From NCBI GenBank assembly GCA_035273185.1, contig DATEPM010000180.1:105-64104 (forward strand): a stretch of DNA of 64,000 nucleotides, written 5' to 3'. Both the position numbers and the translations under genes were made by a program. The notes beneath the pieces were generated by a model. That model was given only the letters and a program-made list of their open reading frames with translations. It had not been told where the DNA came from and made no database searches. The stretch comes from Gemmatimonadaceae bacterium (GTDB lineage Bacteria; Gemmatimonadota; Gemmatimonadetes; Gemmatimonadales; Gemmatimonadaceae). Below, one piece after another: positions 35,877 through 47,954 of this stretch (positions within the stretch are counted from its first letter, which is position 1; each line of letters opens with the position of its first letter).

Positions 35877-37289
35877 TCAGCCTGCCAGCCGCCACTTCGT
35901 CCCCGCCGGCGTGTCCTCGATGACCACCCCCCGCTCGCCAAGCTCGGCGCGAATTCGGTCCGCCGCGGCAAAATCCCGCGCCGCCCGTGCAGCCCGCCGA
36001 GCCGCCAGCCGCTCCTCCACCCAGCTCGCCAGCTCGGCGTCTGCCGCGGCATCGTCCGGAACGATGTCCAGCACACCATCTACCCGCGTGAAGGCCGCCC
36101 GCGCCGCTTCCAGCGCCGCGTCATCATTGCCGCGCCGGTCCAGCTCGGCATTGGCCCGCGTGACGAACTCGAAGAGCGCCGCAAGCGCCTGGGGTGCGTT
36201 CAGGTCGTCGAACAGCGCAGCCTCGGCGTCCCGTACCAGCACCGCCGCAGCGTCGGCTAGCGCGGGGGTACCGCCCGCGGCCTCCTCCAGCCGGCGCGCG
36301 AGATTCCCTACCCGACGTACCGCCTCGATCGACGCCTCCAGCGCCTCCTCCGAGAGGTTCAGCTCCTTCCGATAGTGTGTCGTGAAAACAAAATGCCGCA
36401 CGGCCGCGGCCGGGATGCGCGACTCGCGCATGTCCTTCACTGTCGTGACGTTGCCCAGCCGTTTAGCCATCTTCGCGCCTTCCGTCAGCAGGAAGGCACC
36501 ATGGCACCAGAAGCGCGAGAACGGCTTGCCCGTGGCCGCCTCCGACTGGGCGATCTCGTCCTCGTGGTGCGGAAAGACCAGGTCGATTCCCCCGCAGTGG
36601 ACGTCCAGCGTTTCCCCGAGCAGGTCGAGCGCCATGGCCGAGCACTCCAGGTGCCACCCCGGGCGCCCCCGACCCCAGGGGGAGTCCCACGCGGCATGCG
36701 TGCGCTCGTCCTCGGGCTTTGCGGCCTTCCAGAGCGCGAAATCCTGCGCGTTCTCTTTGGAGTAGTCGTCCTGCGCCACCCGCGCTCCCGCCTTCACCTC
36801 GCGCCGGTCCAGCCGCGACAGCCTCCCGTACGGCGGAAAGCGGTCGATGGCGAAGTAGACCGAGCCGTCGTCCGCGCGATACGCCACGCCGCGCTCCATC
36901 AGGCGCTGCACGAGGGCGATCATCTGCGGGATGTAGTCGGTGGCCTTCGGGTACGCCTCCGCGGGCTCGATGCGCAGGTAGTCGCGGTCCTTGAAGAAGA
37001 TCTCGGTCACCGGCTCGGTGACCTCACGGATCGTCTTTCCCTGCTCGTCGGCGCGGCGGATGATCTTGTCGTCCACGTTCGTCAGGTTCATCACCTGATC
37101 CACCAGCCACCCGCGCAGCCGCAGCGTGCGACGCAGCAGGTCCACGAACAGGAAGGTGCGGAAGTTCCCCAGGTGCGCGGGATTGTACACGGTTGGCCCG
37201 CAACTATAGACACGCACGGTCTGGCCGTCGGCGGGCTCGAAGACTTCGATGGTGCGGGAGAGCGTGTTATAGAGGCGGAGCTCGGGCAT
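35877..37289 (-). CDS. cysS: cysteine--tRNA ligase
   Basis: MPELRLYNTLSRTIEVFEP...VYSCGPTVYNPAHLGNFRTF (HIGH-type)...GAKMAKRLGN (KMSKS-type). Confidence 0.95.
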   Translation of the reverse strand: MPELRLYNTLSRTIEVFEPADGQTVRVYSCGPTVYNPAHLGNFRTFLFVDLLRRTLRLRGWLVDQVMNLTNVDDKIIRRADEQGKTIREVTEPVTEIFFKDRDYLRIEPAEAYPKATDYIPQMIALVQRLMERGVAYRADDGSVYFAIDRFPPYGRLSRLDRREVKAGARVAQDDYSKENAQDFALWKAAKPEDERTHAAWDSPWGRGRPGWHLECSAMALDLLGETLDVHCGGIDLVFPHHEDEIAQSEAATGKPFSRFWCHGAFLLTEGAKMAKRLGNVTTVKDMRESRIPAAAVRHFVFTTHYRKELNLSEEALEASIEAVRRVGNLARRLEEAAGGTPALADAAAVLVRDAEAALFDDLNAPQALAALFEFVTRANAELDRRGNDDAALEAARAAFTRVDGVLDIVPDDAAADAELASWVEERLAARRAARAARDFAAADRIRAELGERGVVIEDTPAGTKWRLAG

Positions 37290-37400
37290 CCGAGAATGTT
37301 AGCGAGGACAGGAAGGTCGCGACCGCGAAGCGAAACTACTTGGCGAAAACTACTGAACGGCGAGACTGCCGAAGGGCGTCGCTGCCGAAGGGCGCAGCTC

Positions 37401-38069
37401 TTATAACTCGCCGACCCGCGCGGCGGACGAGGGCATCGAATACTTCACACCCTCGATGCGGTCCACCACGCGTCCCTGGCTCAGCCTCACGACGCGATCT
37501 GCGCAAACGTGCAGGGGCTCCCGGCATGCGACCATCACTGCCGGTCGCCGTACCGCCAGAGCCACTCCCGCGCGCGCGGCGAGCACCGCCGTCAGCCAAC
37601 CGCGCACGTGCTCGCCCTGGAACGGCGGCTCGTCGATGAGCACCAGCCAGGACCGCTCGATGTTCCGCATGCATCGCGCGAGCCGCTCGCGGTCGCGATA
37701 CGCGCCTGACGAGACGAAGCACACGCCGGCCGGCGCCTGCATCGCCGCGCGCGGATGGTGTTTCGCCCAGCGTACCTCGCCACTGTCCGGCGGAATCAGC
37801 CCCGCCGCGCAGAGGAGCAGGGTGGTCTTTCCCGAGGCCGCCGGTCCCAGCACCGCCACGACCTCACCCGCACACACCGAGAGCTGCACGCCGGCCAGTG
37901 CCAGCACGCTCACGCGCACCCCCGCGTCGGGACCGGGCAGGCCGCAGCGGTAGTACTTCGTGACGGAGCGAAGCTGAAGGAGGGGCGCGCGGGAGGCTGC
38001 GAGCACGCCAGCACCGGACGGGAGCGAGACGGACCGCAATCTCTCACCCCGCCCGGCGGCGCGCGGCAT
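37401..38069 (-). CDS. ABC-type ATPase-like protein (degenerate, no adjacent permease)
   Basis: Walker A GPAASGKTTLL and Walker B WLVLIDEP are present; the signature motif is degenerate. ATG 38069 overlaps the upstream stop (ATGA). The track ORF was trimmed. Confidence 0.65.
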   Translation of the reverse strand: MPRAAGRGERLRSVSLPSGAGVLAASRAPLLQLRSVTKYYRCGLPGPDAGVRVSVLALAGVQLSVCAGEVVAVLGPAASGKTTLLLCAAGLIPPDSGEVRWAKHHPRAAMQAPAGVCFVSSGAYRDRERLARCMRNIERSWLVLIDEPPFQGEHVRGWLTAVLAARAGVALAVRRPAVMVACREPLHVCADRVVRLSQGRVVDRIEGVKYSMPSSAARVGEL

Positions 38070-39172
38070 CACGCCATCGCGGCGCGCACCGTTTGCGTGC
38101 GCGGGGCGCCGCCCGCTCCGCCCAGACGCGCCTCGTGGAACTGGATGATCGCGTCTACCAGCGGCGCGGGATCGAAGCGCACCGGGTCGGTCGCGGGCAG
38201 ACCCGTCTCCGATGTTACGCGCTCGACGGCGGCGCGCGCGGCCGCGTCGTCGAGATCGAAGGTGTTGAGCGCGACCGCGATCACCGGCGCGGGGCGCAAA
38301 GGCGCCGCGGTGGCCTCCTGCAGCGCGATGAGCTCGGGGAGCGGCGGAATCTTCACCCATGGATGGTGGTTGATGGCCACGCGCGAGGGCTGTGCGCACA
38401 TCACCATCGCATGCGGCAGGGAGCCGTGCATCAGACCGTAGGTCACCCCCGAGTAGCTGGGATGGATGATGGATCCCTGACCCTCCACCAGCACGATCTC
38501 CCCCTTGGGCGCGGCTTCGAGCACCAGCCGCTCCGCCGCGCCCGCGATGAAGTCGGCGACCACGGCGTCGACGGAGACGCCCCAGCCCTCTACCAGGATG
38601 CCCGTTTGCCCCGTCGCGGCGAACGCCACGCGCGCGCCGCGCCGGCGCATCGTGTCGCGCAACTGCAGCTGCGTGGTCATCTTGCCGATGTTGCAATCGG
38701 TGCCAACGGTCAGCACCACCGTGTGCGTGTCGTCCAGCTCGCGCACGCGGCCGCGCGCGATGTCCAGATCCGCCGGCGGCTTGCGCAGGTCGTGGATCTC
38801 GACGCCGGCGGCTTCCGCGTGCCGCGCGAGCTGCGCGTCATCGCTCAGGAAGGTATGCAGCCCGCTCCAGAGGTCCAGCTTCCGGTCGATCGCCTCCAGC
38901 AGCAGCGCGCGCCAGGACGGCGGCAGCTGGCCGCCCGGCGGCGCGATGCCGATGAGCAGCGCGGTGGGATATTTCGTGAGCCCCTCCGCCAGCGACGCGA
39001 CCACGGGGATGGCACCGCCGAAGCCCAGCACCTGCTGCGCGGTGCTGCCGGCTTGCGTGGAGTCGATCACGGCGACCACGTGCTCCGGCGTGTAGCGGAT
39101 GCAGGCGTTCGCGGTCTTGGAGCGGAGGGGGCTGAAGGAGCCTTCGGCGAGCACGACGAAACGAGGCGGCAT
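38069..39172 (-). CDS. DUF1611-family protein (DgcN-like)
   Basis: VLAEGSFSPLRSKTANACIRY...VLTVGTDCNIGKMTTQLQL...GILVEGWGVSVDAVVADFIAGAAE...LVEGQGSIIHPSYSGVT matches my recollection of the DUF1611 pattern. Confidence 0.7.
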   Translation of the reverse strand: MPPRFVVLAEGSFSPLRSKTANACIRYTPEHVVAVIDSTQAGSTAQQVLGFGGAIPVVASLAEGLTKYPTALLIGIAPPGGQLPPSWRALLLEAIDRKLDLWSGLHTFLSDDAQLARHAEAAGVEIHDLRKPPADLDIARGRVRELDDTHTVVLTVGTDCNIGKMTTQLQLRDTMRRRGARVAFAATGQTGILVEGWGVSVDAVVADFIAGAAERLVLEAAPKGEIVLVEGQGSIIHPSYSGVTYGLMHGSLPHAMVMCAQPSRVAINHHPWVKIPPLPELIALQEATAAPLRPAPVIAVALNTFDLDDAAARAAVERVTSETGLPATDPVRFDPAPLVDAIIQFHEARLGGAGGAPRTQTVRAAMA

Positions 39173-40387
39173 TCAGGCGCTCTTCATGAGTGAAGTGTGT
39201 TCGGCGATGGCAATGACGTCCACCGGCGGACCGGCGGGGACGAGCACGCCCCCGCCCGGGGCGGGGAGCCGCAGCACCAGCGGACGCTCGCGCGTGGTGC
39301 GGCGGAAGCCCTGCCCCTCGTAGATGCGCGTGATCAGGATGCGGCGCACGATCACCATGAGCGCCGCGAGCGTCGGCACCGCCACGATCAGGCCCGCGCC
39401 GCCGAGCAGTTGGCCCATCACCAGCACGGACATGATGGTGAGCACTGGCGGCAGATCCACCTTCTTCGACATCACCAGCGGCGAGACGACGTTCCCCTCG
39501 ATGAGATGGATCACCACGCCCAGCAGCACGACGAGCAGCGCGCGCGTGCCGCCGTTCGGGCTGTTGAGGGCGAACAGCGCGGGCAGCAGCGTGGAGAGCA
39601 GCGTCCCGAAGAAGGGCACGATGGCCACCAGGCCGGTGAAGATGCCGAACGCCACGAAGAAGGGCACGCCCAGCGCCCACAGCCCGATGGTCGTGAGCAG
39701 CCCTAGGAAGCTCATCGACAGCAGCTGGCCCACGATGTACGACCGCAGGGTGTCGGTCAGGTCGCCCAGGAGATCGCGGACCAGGTCGCGGTGGATGGGC
39801 GGAAAGAGCGCGATGAGCCACTCGCGGTACAGCGCCGGATGCAGCGAGAGATAGATGCCGATCACCGCCACGGAGAACACGATGATGGCGGCGTGCACGA
39901 TGCCGATGACCTTCGTCGTCACGTCGGCGAAGGAGGCGGTCATCTGGTCGTACAGCAGGTGCAGGATCCGGTGCTGGCCCGGCTGCCAGTACTCGCGCAG
40001 CGCGGGGATGCGCGCGATGCCGCGCTCGATCCCCGATTCCCAGTTCGTGATGTAGTCCGGCAGGACCCGGATGAGCGCCTGCGTCTGCGCGATGACGGGC
40101 GGCACGAGGATCCACAGCAGGATCGCGATGCCCGCGACGTTCAGCAGCAGCGCGAGCGTGAACGCCAGGCGCTGGGGGAAGTGCAGGCGCCGCTCGAACC
40201 AGCCGGCCACGGCGCCCAGGTACAGCGATATGAGAATTCCGAGAAACAGCAGCAGAAAGACGTTGGCGACGGTCTTGAAGAGCCAGAGCAGCAGAACCGT
40301 CAGGACCGTCGCCGTCAACAGCGGCGCGAAGCGGACGCGCCGTCCCCCTCCCAGTGCTCCGCCGCCTGCCGCTTCCGTGGCGCTCAA
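39173..40387 (-). CDS. AI-2E family (PerM/UPF0118) transporter
   Basis: 404 aa with about 8 TM segments. The conserved C-terminal block is ...IEGNVVSPLVMSKKVDLPPVLTIMSVLVMGQLLGGAGLIVAVP. Confidence 0.8.
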   Translation of the reverse strand: MSATEAAGGGALGGGRRVRFAPLLTATVLTVLLLWLFKTVANVFLLLFLGILISLYLGAVAGWFERRLHFPQRLAFTLALLLNVAGIAILLWILVPPVIAQTQALIRVLPDYITNWESGIERGIARIPALREYWQPGQHRILHLLYDQMTASFADVTTKVIGIVHAAIIVFSVAVIGIYLSLHPALYREWLIALFPPIHRDLVRDLLGDLTDTLRSYIVGQLLSMSFLGLLTTIGLWALGVPFFVAFGIFTGLVAIVPFFGTLLSTLLPALFALNSPNGGTRALLVVLLGVVIHLIEGNVVSPLVMSKKVDLPPVLTIMSVLVMGQLLGGAGLIVAVPTLAALMVIVRRILITRIYEGQGFRRTTRERPLVLRLPAPGGGVLVPAGPPVDVIAIAEHTSLMKSA

Positions 40388-41190
40388 GTGCCCTTCTTGT
40401 CTCCCGAGGTGTCCTCGATCTCGGCGTGCACCGTCTCCTCGTCGTGCGCGCCGCCGCGCTCGTTCCCTCCGGTGCCGAGCTGCCGCTGCTCCGCCGCCGC
40501 GCTGGCCGGGAGCATGCCCATCTTCTGCTTGAGCTCCAGCAGGCGCAGGTCCACGCTGTTGGAGGCGGCCCCGCGCTCCAGCTGCTTGAACTGGTTGGAC
40601 AGCACGTCCCCGGTGAACTCCTCGTCGATCTCGCTGCTGGCCTTGAGCACGCGCTCACTCTGCTCGATGCGCTCCTCCATGCGGGCGAACGCCTCGAACG
40701 CCGACTTCTCCGACAGCGACGACATCGTCTCCGCGATGCGCTTCTGCGCCTGCGCGCGCCGCTGCCGCGCGACGAGCAGGTTCTTCTTGCGCTTCGCCTC
40801 CTCGATCTTGTCGTTCAGGTCGCGCAGGGAGTTCTTGAGCTTCTCCGTCTCCAGGCGGTGCGCCTGCCAGGTCTGCTCCAGCTGCTGGCCGTGGGTCATG
40901 TGCTCGCCGTGGCGCATGAGCGCCTGCTTGGCGAGATCGTCGCGCCCCTCCTGCACCGCGAGCATCGCGCGCTTCTCCCAGTCCTGCCCCTGCTTGTACT
41001 CGGCGTCGGCCTGATCGCGCAGCCGCTTCTCGTCGGCGATCGCGGTGGCCACCTGCTGCTTGGCCTTGGCGAGCTGCGAGCGCATGTCCACCAGGATCTG
41101 GTTCAGCATCTTCTCCGGATCCTCGGCCCGGGAGATCAGATCGTTGATGTTCGACCGCAGCAGCGAGCCCAATCTATCGAAAATGCCCAT
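40384..41190 (-). CDS. pspA: PspA/IM30 (Vipp1) family protein
   Basis: MGIFDRLGSLLRSNINDLISRAEDPEKMLNQILVDMRSQLAKAKQQVATAIADEKRL... Confidence 0.85.
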   Translation of the reverse strand: MGIFDRLGSLLRSNINDLISRAEDPEKMLNQILVDMRSQLAKAKQQVATAIADEKRLRDQADAEYKQGQDWEKRAMLAVQEGRDDLAKQALMRHGEHMTHGQQLEQTWQAHRLETEKLKNSLRDLNDKIEEAKRKKNLLVARQRRAQAQKRIAETMSSLSEKSAFEAFARMEERIEQSERVLKASSEIDEEFTGDVLSNQFKQLERGAASNSVDLRLLELKQKMGMLPASAAAEQRQLGTGGNERGGAHDEETVHAEIEDTSGDKKGT

Positions 41191-41210
41191 GGGGTGTGCC
41201 TCGATGCGCC

Positions 41211-41615
41211 TCAGTGAGCCTGGCGGAAGGACCCGATCTCGCGCAGATGCGACGCCAGCGCGAGCATGATGCTCTCGTATGCGGCCTGAAACTCCTCGTA
41301 GTCCAGGTGCGAGAGCTCCAGCGCCTCGGTGATGACGATCGAGTCCTCCTCGATGCCATACGCGCCGTGCAGCAGCTCTGACGCATTGAGCTCCAGCAGG
41401 CGTCGGCTGAGCGTCGCCAGCGACTGCTCGTCCCGCGGCAGCGTCATCACCTTCACGCGAAAGAGCACCACCGGCGGCGAGTAGTTCACCACCACGTCGT
41501 AATCCAGCTCGCCCCCGGGCTTCACGATCCAGAGGCCCTGCTCCACTTCGCGGTAGCTGGCGCCCTCCGCCGTCAGGCGGTCGAGGAAGCCTTCGATGTC
41601 TTCCCGAGTTACCAT
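41211..41615 (-). CDS. YbjN-like / T3SS-chaperone-like small protein
   Basis: MVTREDIEGFLDRLTAEGASYREVEQGLWIVKPGG...VVLFRVKVMTLP. 134 aa. The track ORF was trimmed to the ATG at 41615. Confidence 0.5.
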   Translation of the reverse strand: MVTREDIEGFLDRLTAEGASYREVEQGLWIVKPGGELDYDVVVNYSPPVVLFRVKVMTLPRDEQSLATLSRRLLELNASELLHGAYGIEEDSIVITEALELSHLDYEEFQAAYESIMLALASHLREIGSFRQAH

Positions 41616-41821
41616 CGCTGCACCTGGTTGAGGTACGTGGTGGGCCCTACGGACGGGTGGGAGCGCCAGGTTTCGCCGCGAAGCGACGCGCCGCGTGCCG
41701 GTGCAGCGGATGCGCAGCCGAAGACGATGCCTGGACTGAAGATATCGTCCGCGCGACATGCACGACAGCCAGGTTCCGCGCACGAGCCGCGCCGGGCCTC
41801 GCCACGCGCGCAGCGCGCATC

Positions 41822-42730
41822 CTACTCCCGATCCCCCGGTCCCGATCCCCGCGCGCCGGTCTTGATCTGCACCAGCCGCTCGCGCGCCAACCGCCGCCCG
41901 GTGGGCGTGGCAGCCAGTCCGCCGCCCGCCGTCTCGCGATAGCGCACGTCCATCTCGCGGCCGATCTCTCCCATGGTGTCGATCACCTCGTCGGCGGGAA
42001 TGGCGAAGGCGATGCCCGCAAGCGCCATCTCGACCGCGGCCAGCGCGATGGCCGCGCCGGTGGCGTTGCGAAAGACGCACGGCAGCTCCACCAGCCCGCC
42101 CAGCGGATCGCACACCAGCCCCAGCGTGCCCTGCTGCGCGAGCGCGACCGCCTGCTCCACGTGCGCCGGCGTTCCCCCGAGCATCTCGGTCGCTGCCCCG
42201 GCGGCCATGCCCGCCGCGGCGCCCGTTTCCGCCTGGCAGCCACCTTCGGCGCCGGAGAGCGACGCGCGCTCGGCCACCACCGCGCCGATCAGCCCCGCGG
42301 TCGCGAGCGCGTCGATCAGCCGCTCATCGTCCACACCCTTCGCCTGCGCGAGACCCGTGAGCACGGCTGGGAGTACGCCGGCGCCGCCCGCGGTGGGCGC
42401 GGCGACGATCACGCCCATCGCCGCGTTCACCTCCTGCACCGCGAGCGCGCGCGCGAGCACGTCGCGGAAGGCGGTACCGGCCAGCGGTCCCGCGGGGCCG
42501 GTGCGCAGCTTCGCGGCGTCGCCGCCCACCAGTCCCGACGCGGAGCGCAGGTCGCCCGTCATCCCCTGCGCGATGGCGTCGCGCATCACCTGCAGCGCGC
42601 GGGCCAGCGCGGCCCGGATCTCCGGGACGGGGCGCCCCTGGTCCCGCGACTCCGTCTCCAGCGCCAGCTGCCCCAGCGAGATCCCTTGCGCCTCGGCGTC
42701 GCACACCGCGGCGTGCAGCGAGCGATACAT
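41822..42730 (-). CDS. sdaAA: L-serine ammonia-lyase, alpha subunit
   Basis: Typical iron-sulfur L-Ser dehydratase alpha chain (...GGCQAETGAAAGMAAGA...). Directly follows the beta subunit. Confidence 0.88.
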   Translation of the reverse strand: MYRSLHAAVCDAEAQGISLGQLALETESRDQGRPVPEIRAALARALQVMRDAIAQGMTGDLRSASGLVGGDAAKLRTGPAGPLAGTAFRDVLARALAVQEVNAAMGVIVAAPTAGGAGVLPAVLTGLAQAKGVDDERLIDALATAGLIGAVVAERASLSGAEGGCQAETGAAAGMAAGAATEMLGGTPAHVEQAVALAQQGTLGLVCDPLGGLVELPCVFRNATGAAIALAAVEMALAGIAFAIPADEVIDTMGEIGREMDVRYRETAGGGLAATPTGRRLARERLVQIKTGARGSGPGDRE

Positions 42731-42731
42731 G

Positions 42732-43406
42732 TCAGGCCGAGACCTTGTCGAGCCGGAATGCCCAGCGCACCCAGGAAAGTCCGCGAATCTCGTCGCGCAC
42801 CCGCTCGTCAGGCACCTCGTCGATCTCGATCACCATGAAGGCGTCCCCGCCGCGCTCCTTTCTCGTGAGGCGCAGCGTCGCGATGTTGATGCCATGGTCG
42901 GCGAGCAGCCCGGCGATGCGCGCCACCGAGCCGCGCACGTCCTCGGCCACGAGGACGATGGTGTGGTAGTTCCCCGTGACCTCCACGGGGTAGCCGTCGA
43001 TGGCCGTGACCAGCACGCGCCCCGCCCCGAGCGAGGAGCCCACCATCACCGACCGCCGGTCACCGCGCTCGACGGTGATGCGCGCCGTGTTCGGGTGCAC
43101 CACACCCTCGTCCCCCAGTCTGGTCTTCTCGAAGCGGTAGTCCAGGCCCTCGCGCTCCGCGATCTCCAGTGCGGTGCGCAGGCGCTCGTCGTCCGGGCGG
43201 AAGCCCATCAATCCGCCGACGATCGCTTTGTCGGTGCCGTGCCCCTCCCCGGTGCGCGCGAAGGAGCCGTGCAGCTCTATGGTCGCGCGCTCCGGCGTGC
43301 CCCCCACCAAACAGCGCGCCAGGAGCCCCAGCCGGCACGCGCCCGCCGTGTGGGAGCTGGAGGGGCCCACCATGACCGGGCCGATGATGTCAAGAAGCGA
43401 AACCAT
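42732..43406 (-). CDS. sdaAB: L-serine ammonia-lyase, beta subunit (with ACT-like C-terminus)
   Basis: MVSLLDIIGPVMVGPSSSHTAGACRLG... Confidence 0.88.
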   Translation of the reverse strand: MVSLLDIIGPVMVGPSSSHTAGACRLGLLARCLVGGTPERATIELHGSFARTGEGHGTDKAIVGGLMGFRPDDERLRTALEIAEREGLDYRFEKTRLGDEGVVHPNTARITVERGDRRSVMVGSSLGAGRVLVTAIDGYPVEVTGNYHTIVLVAEDVRGSVARIAGLLADHGINIATLRLTRKERGGDAFMVIEIDEVPDERVRDEIRGLSWVRWAFRLDKVSA

Positions 43407-43529
43407 CTGAAAACGGGAGCCGGGGAACTCGAACGGAAAACTGGAAACGGATTACGGTGCTTGGCCGGGGTCGTGATCGCCAGGCTGGGCACAATGACGA
43501 AGGCTACTGTTCGTGCCCGGCAAAGCGCG

Positions 43530-46358
<2,829 letters not shown>

Positions 46359-46430
46359 ATCCCGGCAAAGCTGGCGCTCGGACCGGGGGGAGACAAGCCA
46401 TGCGTGCACGGGATTAGATTGGGAACCACT

Positions 46431-46766
46431 ATGCCCCATACCGACGCAATCGTCGTCCTCACCACCGTGGCGAGTGAGGACGAGGCCACCAGCCTGGTGC
46501 GCACCCTGCTCGAGCGCCGACTGATCGCCTGCGGCACCCTTCTGCCCGCCGCCCGTTCGCTGTACCGGTGGCAGGGGAAGGTGGCGGACGAGCGCGAGGT
46601 GGTGGTCCTGCTCAAGACACGCTCGGCGCGACTGGAATCACTGCAGCACGCCTTCGCGGAGTTACATCCTTACAAGGTGCCCGAGCTTCTGGCCCTCTCC
46701 GTCGCGGCGGGGCTGCCGAAGTATCTGGACTGGATCAACACCGAGACCACACTGGCTCTGACGTGA
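46431..46766 (+). CDS. cutA: divalent-cation tolerance protein CutA
   Basis: [57 protein letters not shown]...[11 protein letters not shown]. Confidence 0.85.
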   Translation: MPHTDAIVVLTTVASEDEATSLVRTLLERRLIACGTLLPAARSLYRWQGKVADEREVVVLLKTRSARLESLQHAFAELHPYKVPELLALSVAAGLPKYLDWINTETTLALT

Positions 46767-46767
46767 G

Positions 46768-47454
46768 ATGACGCAGTTCAGCGACATGAATGACCGGACC
46801 GATGCGCGCGCGCGTGGTGCGAACTCGGGGCCTGATGCAGAGCACACGCCGGCCCGTGAGCGTGACTTCGGCCCCACCCGGCCGCGCGTAGCCGACGCTC
46901 CCGTGGAAGGCTCCGCCGCCTCGCTCGGGGCGGCAGACGCCCCGTTGAACCCGTTCCTCGTGGCGGCCGAGGAATTCATCCGCCAGGGGAACCTGGCGGG
47001 CGCGCTTGGCGAGCTCGGGCGGGCGCTGGACGAGCATCCGGACGACGTCTCGATCCTCTGCGCGCGCGCCAGCCTGTATCTCCACCAGCAGCGCCTGGAG
47101 CCCGCGGAAGCAGACCTGCGCCGGGCCTCCAAACTCGATCCGGGCAATCCCGAGGTGCTGTTCGGGCTGGGCACCCTCTTCTGCAAGAAGGCGCGCTGGC
47201 GCGAGGCCATCGAACCCCTCCAGCGGGTAGTGGAGTTGGATCCGATGCGTGCCTCGGGGCACTACTACCTGGGCGAGGCGTACAATCAGACGGACCAGCT
47301 GAAGCCCGCGCTCGGATCCTACGAGGCCGCGGTGCGGCTGGAGCCGAACAACTGGCGTGCCCTCAAGGGCGTGGGAATCGTCCTCGACAAGATGGGGCGG
47401 CCGACGGAAGCCACCGTCGCGTACCAGAAGGCTCGGGAGGCTCAGCGAAGGTGA
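46768..47454 (+). CDS. TPR-repeat protein
   Basis: Repeated 34-aa A/L/Y/P patterns (...YYLGEAYNQTDQLKPALGSYEAAVRLEPNNWRAL...). Confidence 0.75.
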   Translation: MTQFSDMNDRTDARARGANSGPDAEHTPARERDFGPTRPRVADAPVEGSAASLGAADAPLNPFLVAAEEFIRQGNLAGALGELGRALDEHPDDVSILCARASLYLHQQRLEPAEADLRRASKLDPGNPEVLFGLGTLFCKKARWREAIEPLQRVVELDPMRASGHYYLGEAYNQTDQLKPALGSYEAAVRLEPNNWRALKGVGIVLDKMGRPTEATVAYQKAREAQRR

Positions 47455-47954
47455 TCCAGGTGCGCATCGACGATCTCGCGTTCTTCGAGGGAGAGGCCAT
47501 TGTCCGTCCCGTGAACGAGGATCTCGGCGCCACCACTCCCCTGCTGCGCCGCCTGGAAGTGGCCGCCGGCGCGCGGCTGCTCGAGCTCACCCGGCTGCAG
47601 GAGCCGCTGCCCGTCGGCGCCGCCGTAGTGACCGCGGCCGGCGACCTGCGCACCGAGCTCCTGGTGCACGCCGTCGTGATGAGCCGCGACGAGCCGGTGT
47701 CGCGCGACAGCGTGCGGCACGCGCTCACCAGTGCGCTGCAGCGCGTCTCCGCCTGGCAGATCGGCGACATCGCTATCCCGCCCTTTGGGCTGGGCGCAGG
47801 CAATCTGGACATCGACGAGAGCGCTCAGATCATGGCCTCGGTGATCGTGCAGCACGCGCGCCGCGCCAGATTTCCTTCATCCATCACGCTGGTGGCAGAG
47901 ACCCCGGAGGAGGAGCGCGTCCTGCTCGCGGCCGTCCAGCGGGGCGGACTGTGA
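47451..47954 (+). CDS. macro-domain (ADP-ribose-binding/hydrolase-like) protein
   Basis: GEAIVRPVNEDLG...VTAAGDLRTELLVHAV...IAIPPFGLGAGNLDIDESA fits the macro fold pattern. GTG overlaps the upstream stop. Confidence 0.65.
   Translation: MIQVRIDDLAFFEGEAIVRPVNEDLGATTPLLRRLEVAAGARLLELTRLQEPLPVGAAVVTAAGDLRTELLVHAVVMSRDEPVSRDSVRHALTSALQRVSAWQIGDIAIPPFGLGAGNLDIDESAQIMASVIVQHARRARFPSSITLVAETPEEERVLLAAVQRGGL

Noticed and set aside
35193-35923. ORFs 35193..35519, 35516..35731, 35586..35768 and 35648..35923.
   Set aside because: They run through four well-folding tRNA genes and their spacers, so they are not coding.
37332-37394. Short direct repeats upstream of cysS: AAACTACT twice and CTGCCGAAGGGCG twice (37366-37378 and 37382-37394).
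   Set aside because: They are short, have no convincing secondary structure (3-bp stems only) and resemble no regulatory element I know. Noted only as a possible leader feature.
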